Below, in pieces: positions 40,550 through 54,129 of a stretch of 64,000 nucleotides of DNA. Each line of letters opens with the position of its first letter. Positions within the stretch are counted from its first letter, which is position 1. The position numbers were made by a program, and so were the translations under genes. The notes beneath the pieces are model-generated. The model worked only from the letters and a program-made list of their open reading frames with translations. It ran no database searches and was not told where the DNA came from. The DNA is taken from assembly GCA_037379345.1 (NCBI GenBank), contig CM074517.1, forward strand, positions 43,690,500-43,754,499, given 5' to 3'. Source of the DNA: Perna viridis (lineage: Eukaryota).

Positions 40550-40641
40550 CTGAAAGGAAAAGTGACAATTTCAAACCAATCTTCAATACGTTCATGAAAA
40601 CCAGCCGGTAGACTCAACAATCGATGAAATCCTGACACCAT
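40550..40641 (-). CDS. Candidate in-frame 5' extension / internal start C ([31 protein letters not shown])
   Basis: ttccaaaATGG context; frame stays open through the acceptor into the PH exon. Confidence 0.5.
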
Positions 40642-42197
40642 TTTGGAATTTGCTTGAAATTTGTTGTTCGATAAAATGAGTTGTATTACAAAATCCTATA
40701 TAACATTGTCTGCATATCACATAGAAGGCAGATAAGTGGTAATCCTAAAGCTAAAACAGATCCATCATTTCAATAGTTATAAACTAAAAATCTATTGTTT
40801 CATTCCAAATCTAACGCAAGCGTCAAACATATCAATTTTAAAATAAAAAGATGTAATCCTTGTTAATCCACAACTACAATACAACACATACAGGTTTCTC
40901 TAACTTGTAGTCCATGACTAGGAATACATTATCATTAACTAAATTCCATAATGTAAATATATGGAGATTACTATCAAAGACAAATAAACTCATACAATAC
41001 TAGATCATTCTGACAAAATTTGATTGAAAAGTTAACTGTTATCATCAATTAAAGTCTGAAAAATGCATATGATTTAAAGATAAATCCAAATTATCCAAGG
41101 AAATTGTCAACACTAAGAAAATGTCATTCTCCCATCCATATTGTCTCCAATCCTCAATGTCCAGTGATAATAATTAATGTCAGTCTATATTCGGTCTCAA
41201 GGTCTTCACAAGTTTTTACACCAAGTCTATCTTTATTACAATCCTTCAAAATTATCACTTATTGGTTGTGTAACATACACAAGAAGATTAAGCATGTACA
41301 AATACATGTACAAGCAGCCAAATAGTTTGTTTCCTGATACTGTTTGTAAAATTGAAGTTTAAATTATATGTATATCCTTTTACACACTTCCTGTGCAGAA
41401 TGCAAAAGGCGACAAAAATTCTACTAGAATGTCATCAGAGTTTTACGACGAAATCAATACCAAAACAGTTTACTACAGATCAAATGGATAGTTTTTTTAC
41501 CAAAAATTTCAATTAAACAACAGTTAATTAATTGAAATCACATTCCTAAATATTCACAAATACAAATATACTGTAGAAAACATGTATTGATATCCAATGC
41601 CTTATTGACACCACACCTTCATATGGTAATAAAGTGATAATTTGGAAAATATCAACAAACCCTATTTTGCATCAAATTTCTACAAATATAGTGTCACACA
41701 TTTGTCTGTGAAACATGTAGGTGATAACCACTGTCAATAAATTTTCAGAAAACTGAAAGGATGAGAATATTATCTCCAAATTATTCTACTTGTAACACAA
41801 ATAACATCTCCAAATTATTCTACTTGGAATACACTTCACATCCTGATGCTACTACAATTCTTCCTTTTTTTTGACTGGCCATTAATACTTCAATTATATT
41901 CCATGTCATTTCAGATTGTAACAGAGGCAAATGTATCATCCATGTATAAAATCATTAAAATAAACCCAGAAACTATCAACTCCATTCCAAACAAGCAACT
42001 GACTTGAAACCTAATCCCTACATTGTCTACACAGTGTTTGCATATGTATCTTCATATCAACCACTAATCCTTAAACCCAATAGGTTTGATGTTTCCCCTT
42101 GCAACCTTTTTATCTGCCCACTAATTAGTGAGTCTGCCACTATTGTTCATAAAACCCCTCTTACATAATGAATCACAATAAACCCTGGAACCCCCCA

Positions 42198-42388
42198 TGA
42201 GTCAAATTTCATCATTGTCTTATCTTCATTATTCTAATGAGTCAAATATACTGCTCCTTCATGGCCTTGAGTCAAAGTTAGTATAGTTCCATTCATACCT
42301 GAATCATTTTAAAAGCCATAATGAATTTAATTAGGAATTTCAGAAGATAATTGAATATTGCAGGTAAAACCTAAGCACAGGTGAGTCA
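42198..42388. promoter_or_regulatory. Cluster of four AP-1 consensus sites (TGAGTCA)
   Basis: TGAGTCA at 42198, 42238, 42268 and 42382. Confidence 0.45.
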
Positions 42389-45038
42389 GTTGTTTTGTTA
42401 TTGTTTTTCAATAATCAATAATCATTATCTTTAAAATGGTTGGAATATACGTTTTCTCCTTTGAAAAATGATAGAGATTCAACTTAAAAGTGTGTCAGTT
42501 TTTGGATCAATATTTTTTAGGCCTCTTGTAAGTCTAGATAAATTCAAAAGGTCCAGCTTTTCATATGGTGGCCAATTCACAACCAATAGTCCTGAAATCA
42601 TTTCTTTCTTTTCTAATTACCATTTAATTACAAATGTACCAGTTAGATACTAAGTTTACAGATTATAATACAATAAGCCATTTCATCAACTATGTCAATA
42701 CAGGGGAATATTGACATGGAAATAAATTATGAATTTTAACAGGCAAACATATAATAATGACAAAATCCTTTCTTCCGCTCACCTGTGCTATCTTGTAAAT
42801 CTATAATTGTGACAAAAACTTTAGTGGGTTTAAATTTATGAATGAAGGCCCAGAGACAAGTTATGTTATCAAATTTCCTCTATGAATTTAAACGTCAAGA
42901 TTTAAAATTTATTTTCAACAAACACTTGAACTTAGTTGAATCCTGGTACTTCTTAACTTCAAATGAAATAAAAATTTTCACTAATCTTCCATCATTGAAA
43001 CTGACAACTAAGACAGGGAATCATCAGTCTTGATAACTTATGGGTGTGTCTTTAACAAATTCAAATGTGCAAACAAAATCTCTCTCAGGTGCATAATCAA
43101 ATATTAAATGACTTTCTGTATTTCAACTTGCCATTCAAAACTTCAAAAGGCACAATTCACAAATTTAAACCCATTTGATGTTCTCACTTGCTATCAAATA
43201 GAACTTTACACCCTGACTTCAGTTTGTAAACTTTGGGCTGCATTGCATAAAACAATGATTGGACTATACTCATCAATTTTACTATAATTAGTTTTCATAC
43301 TTATCCAACTGGGACCATTTGAAATTCAATGAAATGAATATGTCTTAAGTGCTATGAAGGCAAAAAACATACCATGATTTAAACAAAAACTACATTAGAA
43401 AAATGTGTAGTGAATGAGTTTATGAGGATGAAAATGTGCTCAAGTATCCCTAAAAGAACTTTATTTGCCATTGCTTTGTTGAAGCCTGGAGATACGTAGA
43501 GCACCCTATTTGCCCTTCATGTTTTAGAACCTCATTGGGGGACCAGTTAAAACCACACCACGTGTTTAATCTAAAATTTTACTTATGTCCTAGTAAGAGT
43601 CATTTTGTATGTTCTCCATCATATTTTGTCAAGAAATGGCATAACATTACCATAATTATCCCATTACAAAGAAAAAAATATTTTGATATACATTTTCTTT
43701 ATACAAACAATATTACAATTTAAGTGTAGACACCATATAATTACTTGCGTGAGTTGAAGTACATGTGATATTTCTGTTCTTTTAATTTGACTTAGAAATA
43801 ATTTAAAAATTCAAATGGTTGCTAAAATGTAGGCCTACCTTTGTGTATATAACAGGAAACAGTAAATATCACGTTATTACCAAGCAATTCATGGACCACT
43901 TCAATTCGAACCTCCGGAAAACATATTTCACAGAAAAAAGAGACTTAAGTTGGCTTATCCAATATTTCACAGTGTCTCTCCTTAATTTTGAGTTAAGTTC
44001 ACACTGCACAGGTTTTCACAAATGCATTAGCCTAGGGGATTTCAATGCTAAAAAACTGTGGAATAATTACCTCCAGACTATAGAATTTGTGTTCAATAGG
44101 ACAAACATGAATTCTGATCAGAGTAATTGCTGATTTTAATCTGTCACAAAGGACCATTTGCACAATACAATGCTCTTGTACAAATTTTATGGGTCAATTT
44201 AAACAATGACAAATTTAATGGGGAGGTTTGTTACTTAATTACCCCTGTCACCAAGTTTCATTACAATCAGTCTGTCATTTAGTGCTGTAATAGTATGTGG
44301 AGGAGGTCACTGAATGGATGGAACACTTTAGTGTCAGAAACCAATATGGCATCTGTCAACTTTACAATAGCTATTTACTATTTGACAAGGCTCTTTTCAA
44401 ATCAAACAAAATTTCAAATGCCAATACACTACAGTCCAGCATCAATAAAACTCAATCAATAACTAACAGAACAATTCTACAGGTATTCAAGGCAGCCTTT
44501 CATTTTTTTTGTATTATAATTGTAAATTAATTGAATGCCTTCAGAAATATGACCCATCAGACACCAATATAAACCATAACAATGACATATCTATTACTTA
44601 GGTACATTTTAAAATTTGTATCATATTCCAACTATAGCATTAGTATTTAAATTTCTACTGTACAAGAGCTTGAAACATTACAAGGTTATGTAGAGATAGA
44701 TTCCATAAATAAAGAGAGCTATTTACATTTTACTTATGACTTAATAATATTTTACATGTATCAGTGTATTCCTCATAGAATATGGTTCAGAAGGGGGATG
44801 TTAAACCACTAGGCTCCCTTCACCTTTAACTTGCTTTCAGGTATCAAATATTTTAAAGAGTGGATATTGTGTAATTTTGAGGGGTATCAGATCTACAGTG
44901 TATATGATATACAATGCCTACATTACCATACACCAGTGATTCAATGTATAGAATGTAGAAGGTAGAAATACTGCAAAAAAGTCATTGTAATAAAATCTTG
45001 AACATAACCAGTTGTTTAACTAAAAAAAATTTACTTAC

Positions 45039-45076
45039 AAGACTCTAGAAACAGGCACTAGGTCCGTCAGTATCAT
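45039..45076 (-). CDS. Candidate alternative first coding exon B (MILTDLVPVSRV-L)
   Basis: ggtcaaaATG context, 12 codons plus TT, donor TT|gtaagt, phase 2 matches the acceptor at 40549. Confidence 0.55.
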
Positions 45077-48000
45077 TTTGACCTAGTTTACACAATTTAA
45101 TTATATCCTTTATTTCCAGAACTAATTGTTTGGCTTTGTTGTTAAACAGACACTACGTGTACATGTATTCGTCTCAAACTATCAAATGATTCTGAAGTAC
45201 AGGAAAGTGTTTATGCTTTGAACAATCGTCCTTCATCAACATTTTCTACAAAGTTTCAAATTTCGTCACTAGAATTCTAATTAGTAACCTTCAATCCACA
45301 CTTGCTTTAAAAGTGTTGACTGAGACCATCGAAATTGAAAAAAAAAAGTTTCAACACAAATCTGTGGTGTGTCCTTCGACTTAATGTTATATCCAAATGC
45401 TTGTCACAGAAAACTGTTTTAAACACACTCCAAATTGAGGAAAATAATTTAGAATAGAGTTATTAAATTCAAATTTCTAGACACTCTGTCCAGTACAAAT
45501 TGAAGTGGCATAATAGATATCCTGATTGGACGACTTACTGGCTACATCCACATACAGTAGAAAAACATAAAAATCTTTAATCCATTGTCCATACAAATTC
45601 CTGCCAATCAAATCATGCAGAGATGTCTCCAAAATGCACAAAAGTAAATATCTCTACTTTCAATCAAGATTTAAATATGCATTAAGTTTGGGTCAAATGT
45701 CCAGAAAACTGAATTTGTTTTCTTAAAAACTGACCAGCCAACTCCATTGTCTAATTCTGTCTGTCATTCCTCCAAAAAATTTAATCCACACTGAAATGCT
45801 TTGTTCAACGATTCATCCAATCTTCTCACAACGACAAGTCGTAAATGTTAAATTTGGTGACAAACATTGCATGAAATGTGGCCTCATAAACTGTCAAACT
45901 ATCACTTACAAAAAGTGTTATGGAGAAACTCTATGTAACCAATGTTTTTACCTGAGCGGTAAATATAAATCTCCCGCTACCTGTCCAAAAATTTTCATGT
46001 GTCACGATAACTAAAAACATGTATTACTTATGCTAACAGTAAGCTCTATTGGTCTTCAAAATATCCGCAATCACTATTCAATATTTAGTACATTACACAA
46101 ATTTTGTATACTTTACAGATTAAAATCCATTTATGTTATTACCAGATTGAAAAATGATTCCAGTCCTAATTTAGTGATTACACAATCCAAAACCACCCGG
46201 TCAGGTGTGAATTTGAAACAAACATGTAATTTGTCCTAATTTTTTATAATGATAGTGCAGTGTGTTATGCCCTAGAGTCAACTCTGATCAATCTACTATC
46301 GTGTTATATACCTTAAGGGACAAGACAGTTATGGACTATCTACCTGGGTCTGGATATGAGTTCAGTTACCAAAATTAAATTAAAAATCCTCACATCTTTT
46401 TTTTCTTTGTTGATAAAAATAAAGTTTTATTCCTTTGTGATATCTTATTAAACCTCATGTGATTTCTATTTCTATTTTTACATCTCCAAAATATTACGTT
46501 GTAACATAGTTTCAAGACATCTTTTTTTAAAATCTTAGTCAGATTTAAAAACATTTTATTATCAAAAACTTTTCAATTTAGTAACTGTCAGCTGTTGACA
46601 ATAAAAAGTCAGAAAACTAACTATCCATACCCCCTTTCAAAAGTGAAGTGATACCAGCGTACAACTTAGATCTCAAGAAAATCTATTTTATCACCTTTAA
46701 GAAACAACAAAATACAAGGTACAAAATCTTGTAAAAAATCTTCTTTTCAATTCTTTTTTTCCCGAAGAAATTGACAAATCCATTGTGTAGCAGTCTTATA
46801 TTTTTTTCTAATCATGAAAATGAACTTCTCAAATTGTTATCTTTAGAAAGTTGGACAGTCCTTAATACGTGTAGGATAGTGAACTTGCATTATTTCTTGG
46901 TATGTTTCCAATAATTCAACATAGGCTAGATATGACTAGATCTTCCAGCAATTACTTTACTAGTTGTACTATCATTTGTCAAAAAATGTATAGATGCATG
47001 TAGTAACATGACAAATACAAATCATACATTTCAGTATTCAGTCACATTGCAACCTCAATGCGGCAGATGTATGTTTCCTGCTGCAAACAGGTCTTTCGAA
47101 ATTCTCTGACAATACAAATCAAACATAGTTTGACAATTCAATTACATCATGTAAAATCATTCACATTTACCAAAGTTTGCAAGATTCTTGCATTTCTAAG
47201 AGGGCCTGGTACAGCATCTAGAGTGACTTCGGAACATCAGATATTGTTTGGAGCTTGAAAGACCATTACTCCATCACCCAGTTATCGTTTTTCCGAGTTC
47301 TACAGTGTAATAAGAACTATAAAAGCAGTAATATTTTCCATCCTTCAGTTAGCACCATTCTGTGTCAATATCATCTTCAACAAGTATCTAATACCAGCCT
47401 GTGCACCACAAATTTTTTTACAATACTTAAGTCTGAGAATATTCTTAACTCGCACGGTAACACCAATAAAAGTCAATGATGTCACAAACAGTTAAGAATT
47501 TTCTCAGACTTATTTTAAGGACTGAATAGAATGGTAGATTTGTGGATAAGAATCCAATAGAAATAATGCATGTTATTGTTTTTAGTTTTGATTTTTTGAT
47601 AAGACTAGTATTTCAGGACAATTTACATAAACATCCTCTTCTATAAAGTCACAACCTTCCTGGCTATTTCACTGCTGAAGAAAATGTGCAGGGTCATTAT
47701 CATCATAAAATTTGATCATAATTTCTTATACAAAAGGAAGCTGGCGAAAGTTCAAGATAAAAAAAAGGAATTAAAAAAAAAACAGCCTAAAACCAAATGT
47801 CCCTTGGTACAAACAAACAATATTTTTTTGTACAACAATTATCCCACAGTTAAGTCACTTGGTAAAATTCCAGATATGTGGTGTATAAAGAACATGAATG
47901 TCATCTAGTCCTATTTGCTTCAAGCTTCAACTCTAACCCAGAAATTCAAGGGGAAAATAACTGACATCACCAGGTAAATTTCATTTCATACGTGTTCCCA

Positions 48001-49401
48001 ATATTTCCATCTGAGAGCTGATTGGCGGACTGCAGTAAGGAATTTCCTGACAACCGTTGAATTTCTCTGAGGACAAGGATGTCTTCAGATCGGAGTGCAG
48101 TTCGTAAGAGGATAAACATTTCTTGTGCATGAGGAGAAAAACATTTTGATCTCACTTAAACATATCCAAGATATTTTAAACTTCATACTAAATTGGAAAA
48201 ATTAAGGTCCTAAAACTAATTTCCTACACTAATACCATACAACAAATCAAAGCAAAAGCAACCCTTGTAGTTAAGATGATCCATTACCCTATCATAGATA
48301 CATCTGTATATATACATGTAGTAATCCAATGCATCATACAGATCAAAAGCATGCTTTAAAGTCTAGCAGCAAAGCTATTCTATACATCAAGCTAAATGGG
48401 GGATGACCCTGGACATTAAACCTTGGGGTTATGGTGTGATGCATGAGAACTGTCTGTGTCTCTTTAATATGAAGATAAGTGTGGACTAAATAGATAAATG
48501 TTTAATGCTTTGTAGTAAGATAAAAATGTACAATGTATTCTGAAGGCCATCATGTAAGACTAATGAAAATTACATTTTAAATTAACATGGGCTGATCCAG
48601 ACACATTTCTAATCAAGGGCCGGAACTTCTAAATAGTAAGCCACACTGCGTTATAATTCGTAGTACAGTTTATATAAAAAAAGTGGCTCCTGACCTAACA
48701 ACTTAAATGGAAAGCAAGCTACAATTGTTCAAGGAATAACCGGACCACAAGATAGCAAGAACATGATCTTGTATCATAAGATACAAATCAGCTGATCTTG
48801 AGTAAAGAATGCCTGTTAACCCTTACACAACCATGACTCAGGGTGAAAAAGATTGCCATCTGAAGCCTTTCCACCTAAGGACAAGGAAATACATACATAT
48901 CTACCTCAAATCTTCACAGCACCTGTATAATACCTGTCCAAGGCTCGTTCAGGTAAATCCTTTTATCTCCTTTGTAACTTACAGATATTGGATATCTATG
49001 CTATCAATAGTATTCTCACCACCGAAGTTTACTTCCAAATTCTACCCTTAATGGTCATACTGGCAGCCTAACTAGATAATAAGAACTACCAACGACCAGT
49101 CATTGTGAATCAACTTCCATTGGTAAAACAAACTCGAAACAGAGGAATCCATTGGCTTTCTATCATGTATATCTACGTATACTATTATATACCCCTCTAA
49201 GTTTTTTTGTTTTTTTTTGCTCAACACAATTGATGATCCAACCAAATGCTCCAAGTACTTTTGATACACAAGAAAATTCATAGCCATATACTCCATCAGA
49301 ATCTTTATAAAACAGATAATGCTTTCAGAAAAAAAGATCAGCCTATGTTAAATGTCTCCATGCTTCCACAGGTAATACATTGAAACATTTGAAGGAGAGT
49401 A

Positions 49402-49604
49402 CTGTTAACATATTCATTTTCGCCATTGCTAATTTTCACTGAACATGAACATATTCATGGGTATCAATTTTCGTGGTATAAAAAAATGGTTACTAATATA
49501 CAGTGTTAACAAATCTATTTCACAGATACTATTTTTCACAGATTTCTGTCCACTGCGAAAATAGCAAAAAAATTAGTACACCCTACAAATTAATACGTTT
49601 ACAG
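49402..49604. mobile_element. TA-flanked MITE, second family
   Basis: TA|CTGTTAACATATTCATTT ... AAATTAATACGTTTACAG|TA imperfect TIRs. Confidence 0.7.
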
Positions 49605-51484
49605 TATCATAAAACAGACAGACATAGTGTTAAAGCACGAAAGGGGCCAATCTTACCTTTGTTTGAGGAATCAGCTTCCATATGTGTTACAATGATCAAA
49701 TACATGTATACTCAAAACTACAAGTACCACTGTGGACATCCCATTAAAGTACCCCTCTATTTTAGAGTTATACAGGGAACAAGACCACTTTGACCATTTC
49801 TGGAGACAATACCAGTATGTTTACTTAAGGTATATATACTTCAAGAGGATTAAAAAGTCCTTAACCATTTTATGACCATAATTATTTCGGTCAATTAATC
49901 CCATTATAGATTGTGGTCAAAACTCGAGTGGTCATTATTTTGTTTAGATAATTCTATATTGTGCCATATTTATTTTACGTTTGGATACACTTGTACAATA
50001 GACCCTATTGGATAATTAGTAGGTTACTTCAGAATTTTGCTCTGAACTAGAACAAATTTCACAGATAGACATGTTAGAGGCATTTCTAAAAAATGATGCT
50101 AAATAAACATTTCTATTTCTAGCCAAAAGTAAGAAAGAAAACATGGATGACATAACAAATATCTCTAGCCGTAAGTCTACAGACTGATTACTTTCCATGA
50201 CTAATGATAAAATCATACCATTTTTGGCAAATCTTGATCGACTGAATGATTGATTGATTTTAGTTTTACATCCTATTACAGATATGCATTTCAGGACAAT
50301 AGCCCTTGCTTTATAGTAGTAGTCCAACATTCAGAGCCAGATTTTTCTGGCAAACAGAAGCAACAGTCTACAGGTAAACATGTCAAAGCACTTTGAGACT
50401 TGAGACATTTTTAGTAATTGCAGACTGAGGGCTGGGGCACCCTTATGAATTTGAAAATTTACATTAATAGCATATTTTTGCAATTATTTGCACACATTAA
50501 AGTGTGTTAATAAAGGATTTTTTGTGGGCCCTCTGATGTCCCCCCACCCAGGTTATTCTCTGGATCTGTCACTGGTAGTAGACAATAACCTAAGTACAGT
50601 ATCTCACACTGCTATCAGTTTTACAACACTTTGTGCCATGATAAAATTACTTCCTTTTCCGTAAATGCAAAAAATTTTTTACTGCAATAACTAACTTGTA
50701 AAAGATTATGGGTGTATAAGTATAAAATTTTGCTGTGGAAATGGTTTTTGTGTAAGTTCATTGTGAATAGATCAACTACAAATGGTTAAAAGTGTCACAC
50801 ATGAACAATACATCACAAATAATGTGAATTAATAAGGGTTACATAAGGAAAAGCCAATTTAAACCTTTATACTTCCTGCTTATTCCAGACATCACTGAAA
50901 GCCACATGTATCAGCAAGAAATTCATAGCTCTGATACAATAAACCATCCAAAATGAAACCAGGATTTAACACCACAATTTTAAATCCTGGTTTCCTTGTA
51001 AATACTCCAAAATAAATCTTGGACCCATCTCAGAATACCAAAATAAAATCTGCTACACCATATACATGCAATACTGAAGCTAATGCTCATTTTATTTGTG
51101 TATTTTTATGTGCATGAATTACTAACAGACAACAGAATTATACATTCAAAGATTATTGAACTAGAGCTTGTAAACATATAAAATTTCTTGTGGAATAAAT
51201 TACTTCATATATTATAAAGCTTTTAAAGTGAAGTGGCTTCTGACAGCAAAATTCCATTAAAACAGACTTACCAAGCTTGTTTACTCTGCCATGAACCTTA
51301 AGCCCAATGTCAAGTAATATTTTTTCAAGACAGATGAGAGGAAAATCCAATATTGATGGAGAATTCCTCAGCAGAAGGTTTTCCCATTGATCCAGATGGA
51401 AAACTTCATTTAACATCACAGACATAAACATTTTACAGAGCCTGATTTAATCAGCATTGACCAGGCAAGTGACACAGAAAATGA

Positions 51485-51520
51485 CCAATCAAATCAAGCA
51501 TAACATTCAAATTAACCAAT
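51485..51520. promoter_or_regulatory. Twin CCAAT boxes 31 bp apart (NF-Y-type spacing)
   Basis: gaCCAATca at 51485 and aaCCAATcag at 51516, just upstream of a minus-strand segment ending in TG|gtaagt at 51272. Confidence 0.4.
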
Positions 51521-51751
51521 CAGATGGTGTATCTTGTAAGGGCACCTGCTTCATTAAGCTCACTGGACATAATTGAAGACAAATATTTAAATCTAATAAA
51601 CCTATTTAAATTCCAGGTGTCAAATGTTAATTCCTAAATGGAAAGGGTTAATGAAGTGAGTTCAAGTTACATGAAAAGTAAACTTTGTGTGAGGCAACTG
51701 ATTTGATTTTTCAACCCCTTAAGAAAACTACTTGTAAAATTCATTAAAGTA

Positions 51752-51979
51752 CAGTCACACCTCATGTTAAACCCATCAAAATTGAATCTCTTTTGGACTT
51801 TGAAGTTGGCTTGGTTTAGACAAGTGTTTGGTTTACCAAGGTTTTAAAAAATGCATTTAAATAATTTTAAAAGTGTTTGGTTTACCAAGGTTTTTAAAAA
51901 TGCATTTAAATAATTTTAAAAGTGACTGGTTTAGACAGATTATAGGATTTTCTGGGTTCAGTTTAGACAGGTTTCACTG
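51752..51979. mobile_element. TA-flanked MITE of the CAGTGAAAC family with internal 50-bp duplication
   Basis: TA|CAGT ... GTTTAGACAGGTTTCACTG|TA; aagtgtttggtttaccaagg...taattttaaa occurs twice. Confidence 0.7.
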
Positions 51980-54129
51980 TACTCAGGTTCAAAAGTTCTA
52001 AACATCAGAAATACTTTGTCTAATCCTGTGTAACATGACAACATTCTTGTGTTTGGGCTGAAAAAGAAGTCGATTAATTTCACAAAATTTAACAAATGTT
52101 AAGTTCAAAAGATCCTACTTGGGTTACATATTTTTACAAATTAAAGTGTTTTATCAAAAGTTGACTTGACAGATTGAAAAATCATCCTCCTTATTATTTT
52201 GTGCTTTCAGCAAAATGCTGACAATTCAAGGTAATTACTAAGTTAAGACATCAAAGCCACATATGAGCTTACTTAAGGGCAATAGGAAGTCCCTTATGCA
52301 TCATTTAAATTTTTTAATTGAGCTAAGCAATTTTCTAAGCTAAAATAAGTATTGGGTCATTATAATATTGAGTTAATACTTAATTGATTATCATAACAAT
52401 GACTTTAATGGGTCCCTAGCCACCTGACAGCCTAGGACTAGGAATTACAACATTGTTAGCTGGGCTATCATTGTAACTAACTGCAAAATATTAGAGAAGC
52501 ATCAGACCAGATGGACAGAAACAGCAGAATCTAGAGACAAGCCAGATACACAATGTAGACAACGGCATTAAAACTGAAGATTATAAAAACAAGACTTAAG
52601 CAGTTGCAATATGAAAACCCACAAAAAACCCAAAGTGACAGCAGGTACTCAGGAAGGGTTAGCATAAATAATTAATAAACTGTCACAGTATAAGTTTGTT
52701 GTTGATATTTTTTTCTGTATTGAGACTTACTTTAACATACCCATTTGATAAACCAATATAGTTCAGCTCATAGAACACTACATACAGCTTTTATCATACA
52801 GTCCAACCATACACATTCATCATGTTCATAATCATAGATAAAAAGATGTGTATGGTCTAAAGCATGTCCAAATCTCAAAAGATATCAATGGTACCAGTGA
52901 GATTGAACCTGACCTTCAACTATCTCCATCAAAAACATACTTCAGAAATGTAAAGATTTAGAAGTGGCAAAAAAGAGAGGTTGGGAAACTGGAACAACAA
53001 GTTGCACCCATTGTTGTTCTATAATACATATCTCCACTTGTACCGGACATAGATATCAGAGAGCAACTTAAATTGCCAATAACATATGCCTCATCTATAT
53101 GAAGCCACAAAATATATTTGAAATCAATCCATCCATTTGGAGCAGAGGTAACTGCAATGAAAATTTTGGATGGATAGACAGACAAGGTGACTTCAGTATA
53201 CCACTAACAATGACCAAAATACAACAAGTTACACATATCAACAGGTATAAGACAGTGTCTATAAGAGGAGGAAACTTCAGGCCATGTAACTTCACCTTGT
53301 ACTGAAAATCTAGTCATAGCATCCCCTTCCCTTTACTCCTGCTATACATGTATATTATTCTACAATCAATTCTATTTCCTTTCAATTGTATTACATTTAC
53401 CATGACTTGGCATTATATAGCCCCTATCACCACAACCCAATCATCATAAAACAAATGATTTCCTTCAAAAACATATCAAGTGTAATTTTGTTACATAATT
53501 TGCATCAACAGCGCTTTGACAGAAATGCTACCAATAATCAATTTACTGCACCCAGAAGTCAAACAGGAAAACATCATCAATTAGTAATAATTAGGTGACG
53601 CAAGACCAAGGAATACTCAGACGTTACAATGATTCCTACATCTCCAAAATGTCTGTTTCCCACATTACAATCTTGATTACTTTCTAATTAGTTCCAGATA
53701 AAAAGAGCAGATGAAAAAAAGTACCAAACATTTCAAAATCACTTTTTCTTACAGCTCATTTATTTTGCATTATTTGTTTGTAAGTTTTTTTCAGATAAGG
53801 GTTCTATCAACAGTTCAAAGCAAAACAAGTCATTTTTTTTTTCTCAGCTTTTTTTAGCATTGAGATATAGATAAGATAACTTCTACCAGTTTTCTAGTAA
53901 ACAAAGAAACTGACCTAGGGATTGATGCTGTTGTAATTCGAAGTTTGTCAATAGCAATGTATAGTACTAAGTCTATGTAGCTTATCATAAGTATGGAGGC
54001 TTAACATTACCATTTCATATATAGTAAAACCTGTTTAAACTTAAACCATTTATCTGTTTGGTTTAGACACATGCTCAATTATACATATTTAAGTACATAA
54101 ATACTAATAAAAACAGACATCCGGAGCAG

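Noticed and set aside
42375-42789. Inverted 12-mers agcacaggtgag / ctcacctgtgct as TIRs or a microexon donor
   Set aside because: No TSD or extended match; the 18-nt exon ending at this donor has a stop in the required frame; may simply be E-box motifs.
43839-43920. AAG|gtaggc donor as a coding first exon (similar case at about 58160)
   Set aside because: The nearest ATG frames hit stops before the donor; a non-coding exon cannot be supported from sequence alone.
49657-49705. ATG plus AAG|gtaaga donor (MYLIIVTHMEADSSNK-G) as another first exon
   Set aside because: Phase 1, incompatible with the 40549 acceptor; weak start context; adjacent to a MITE.
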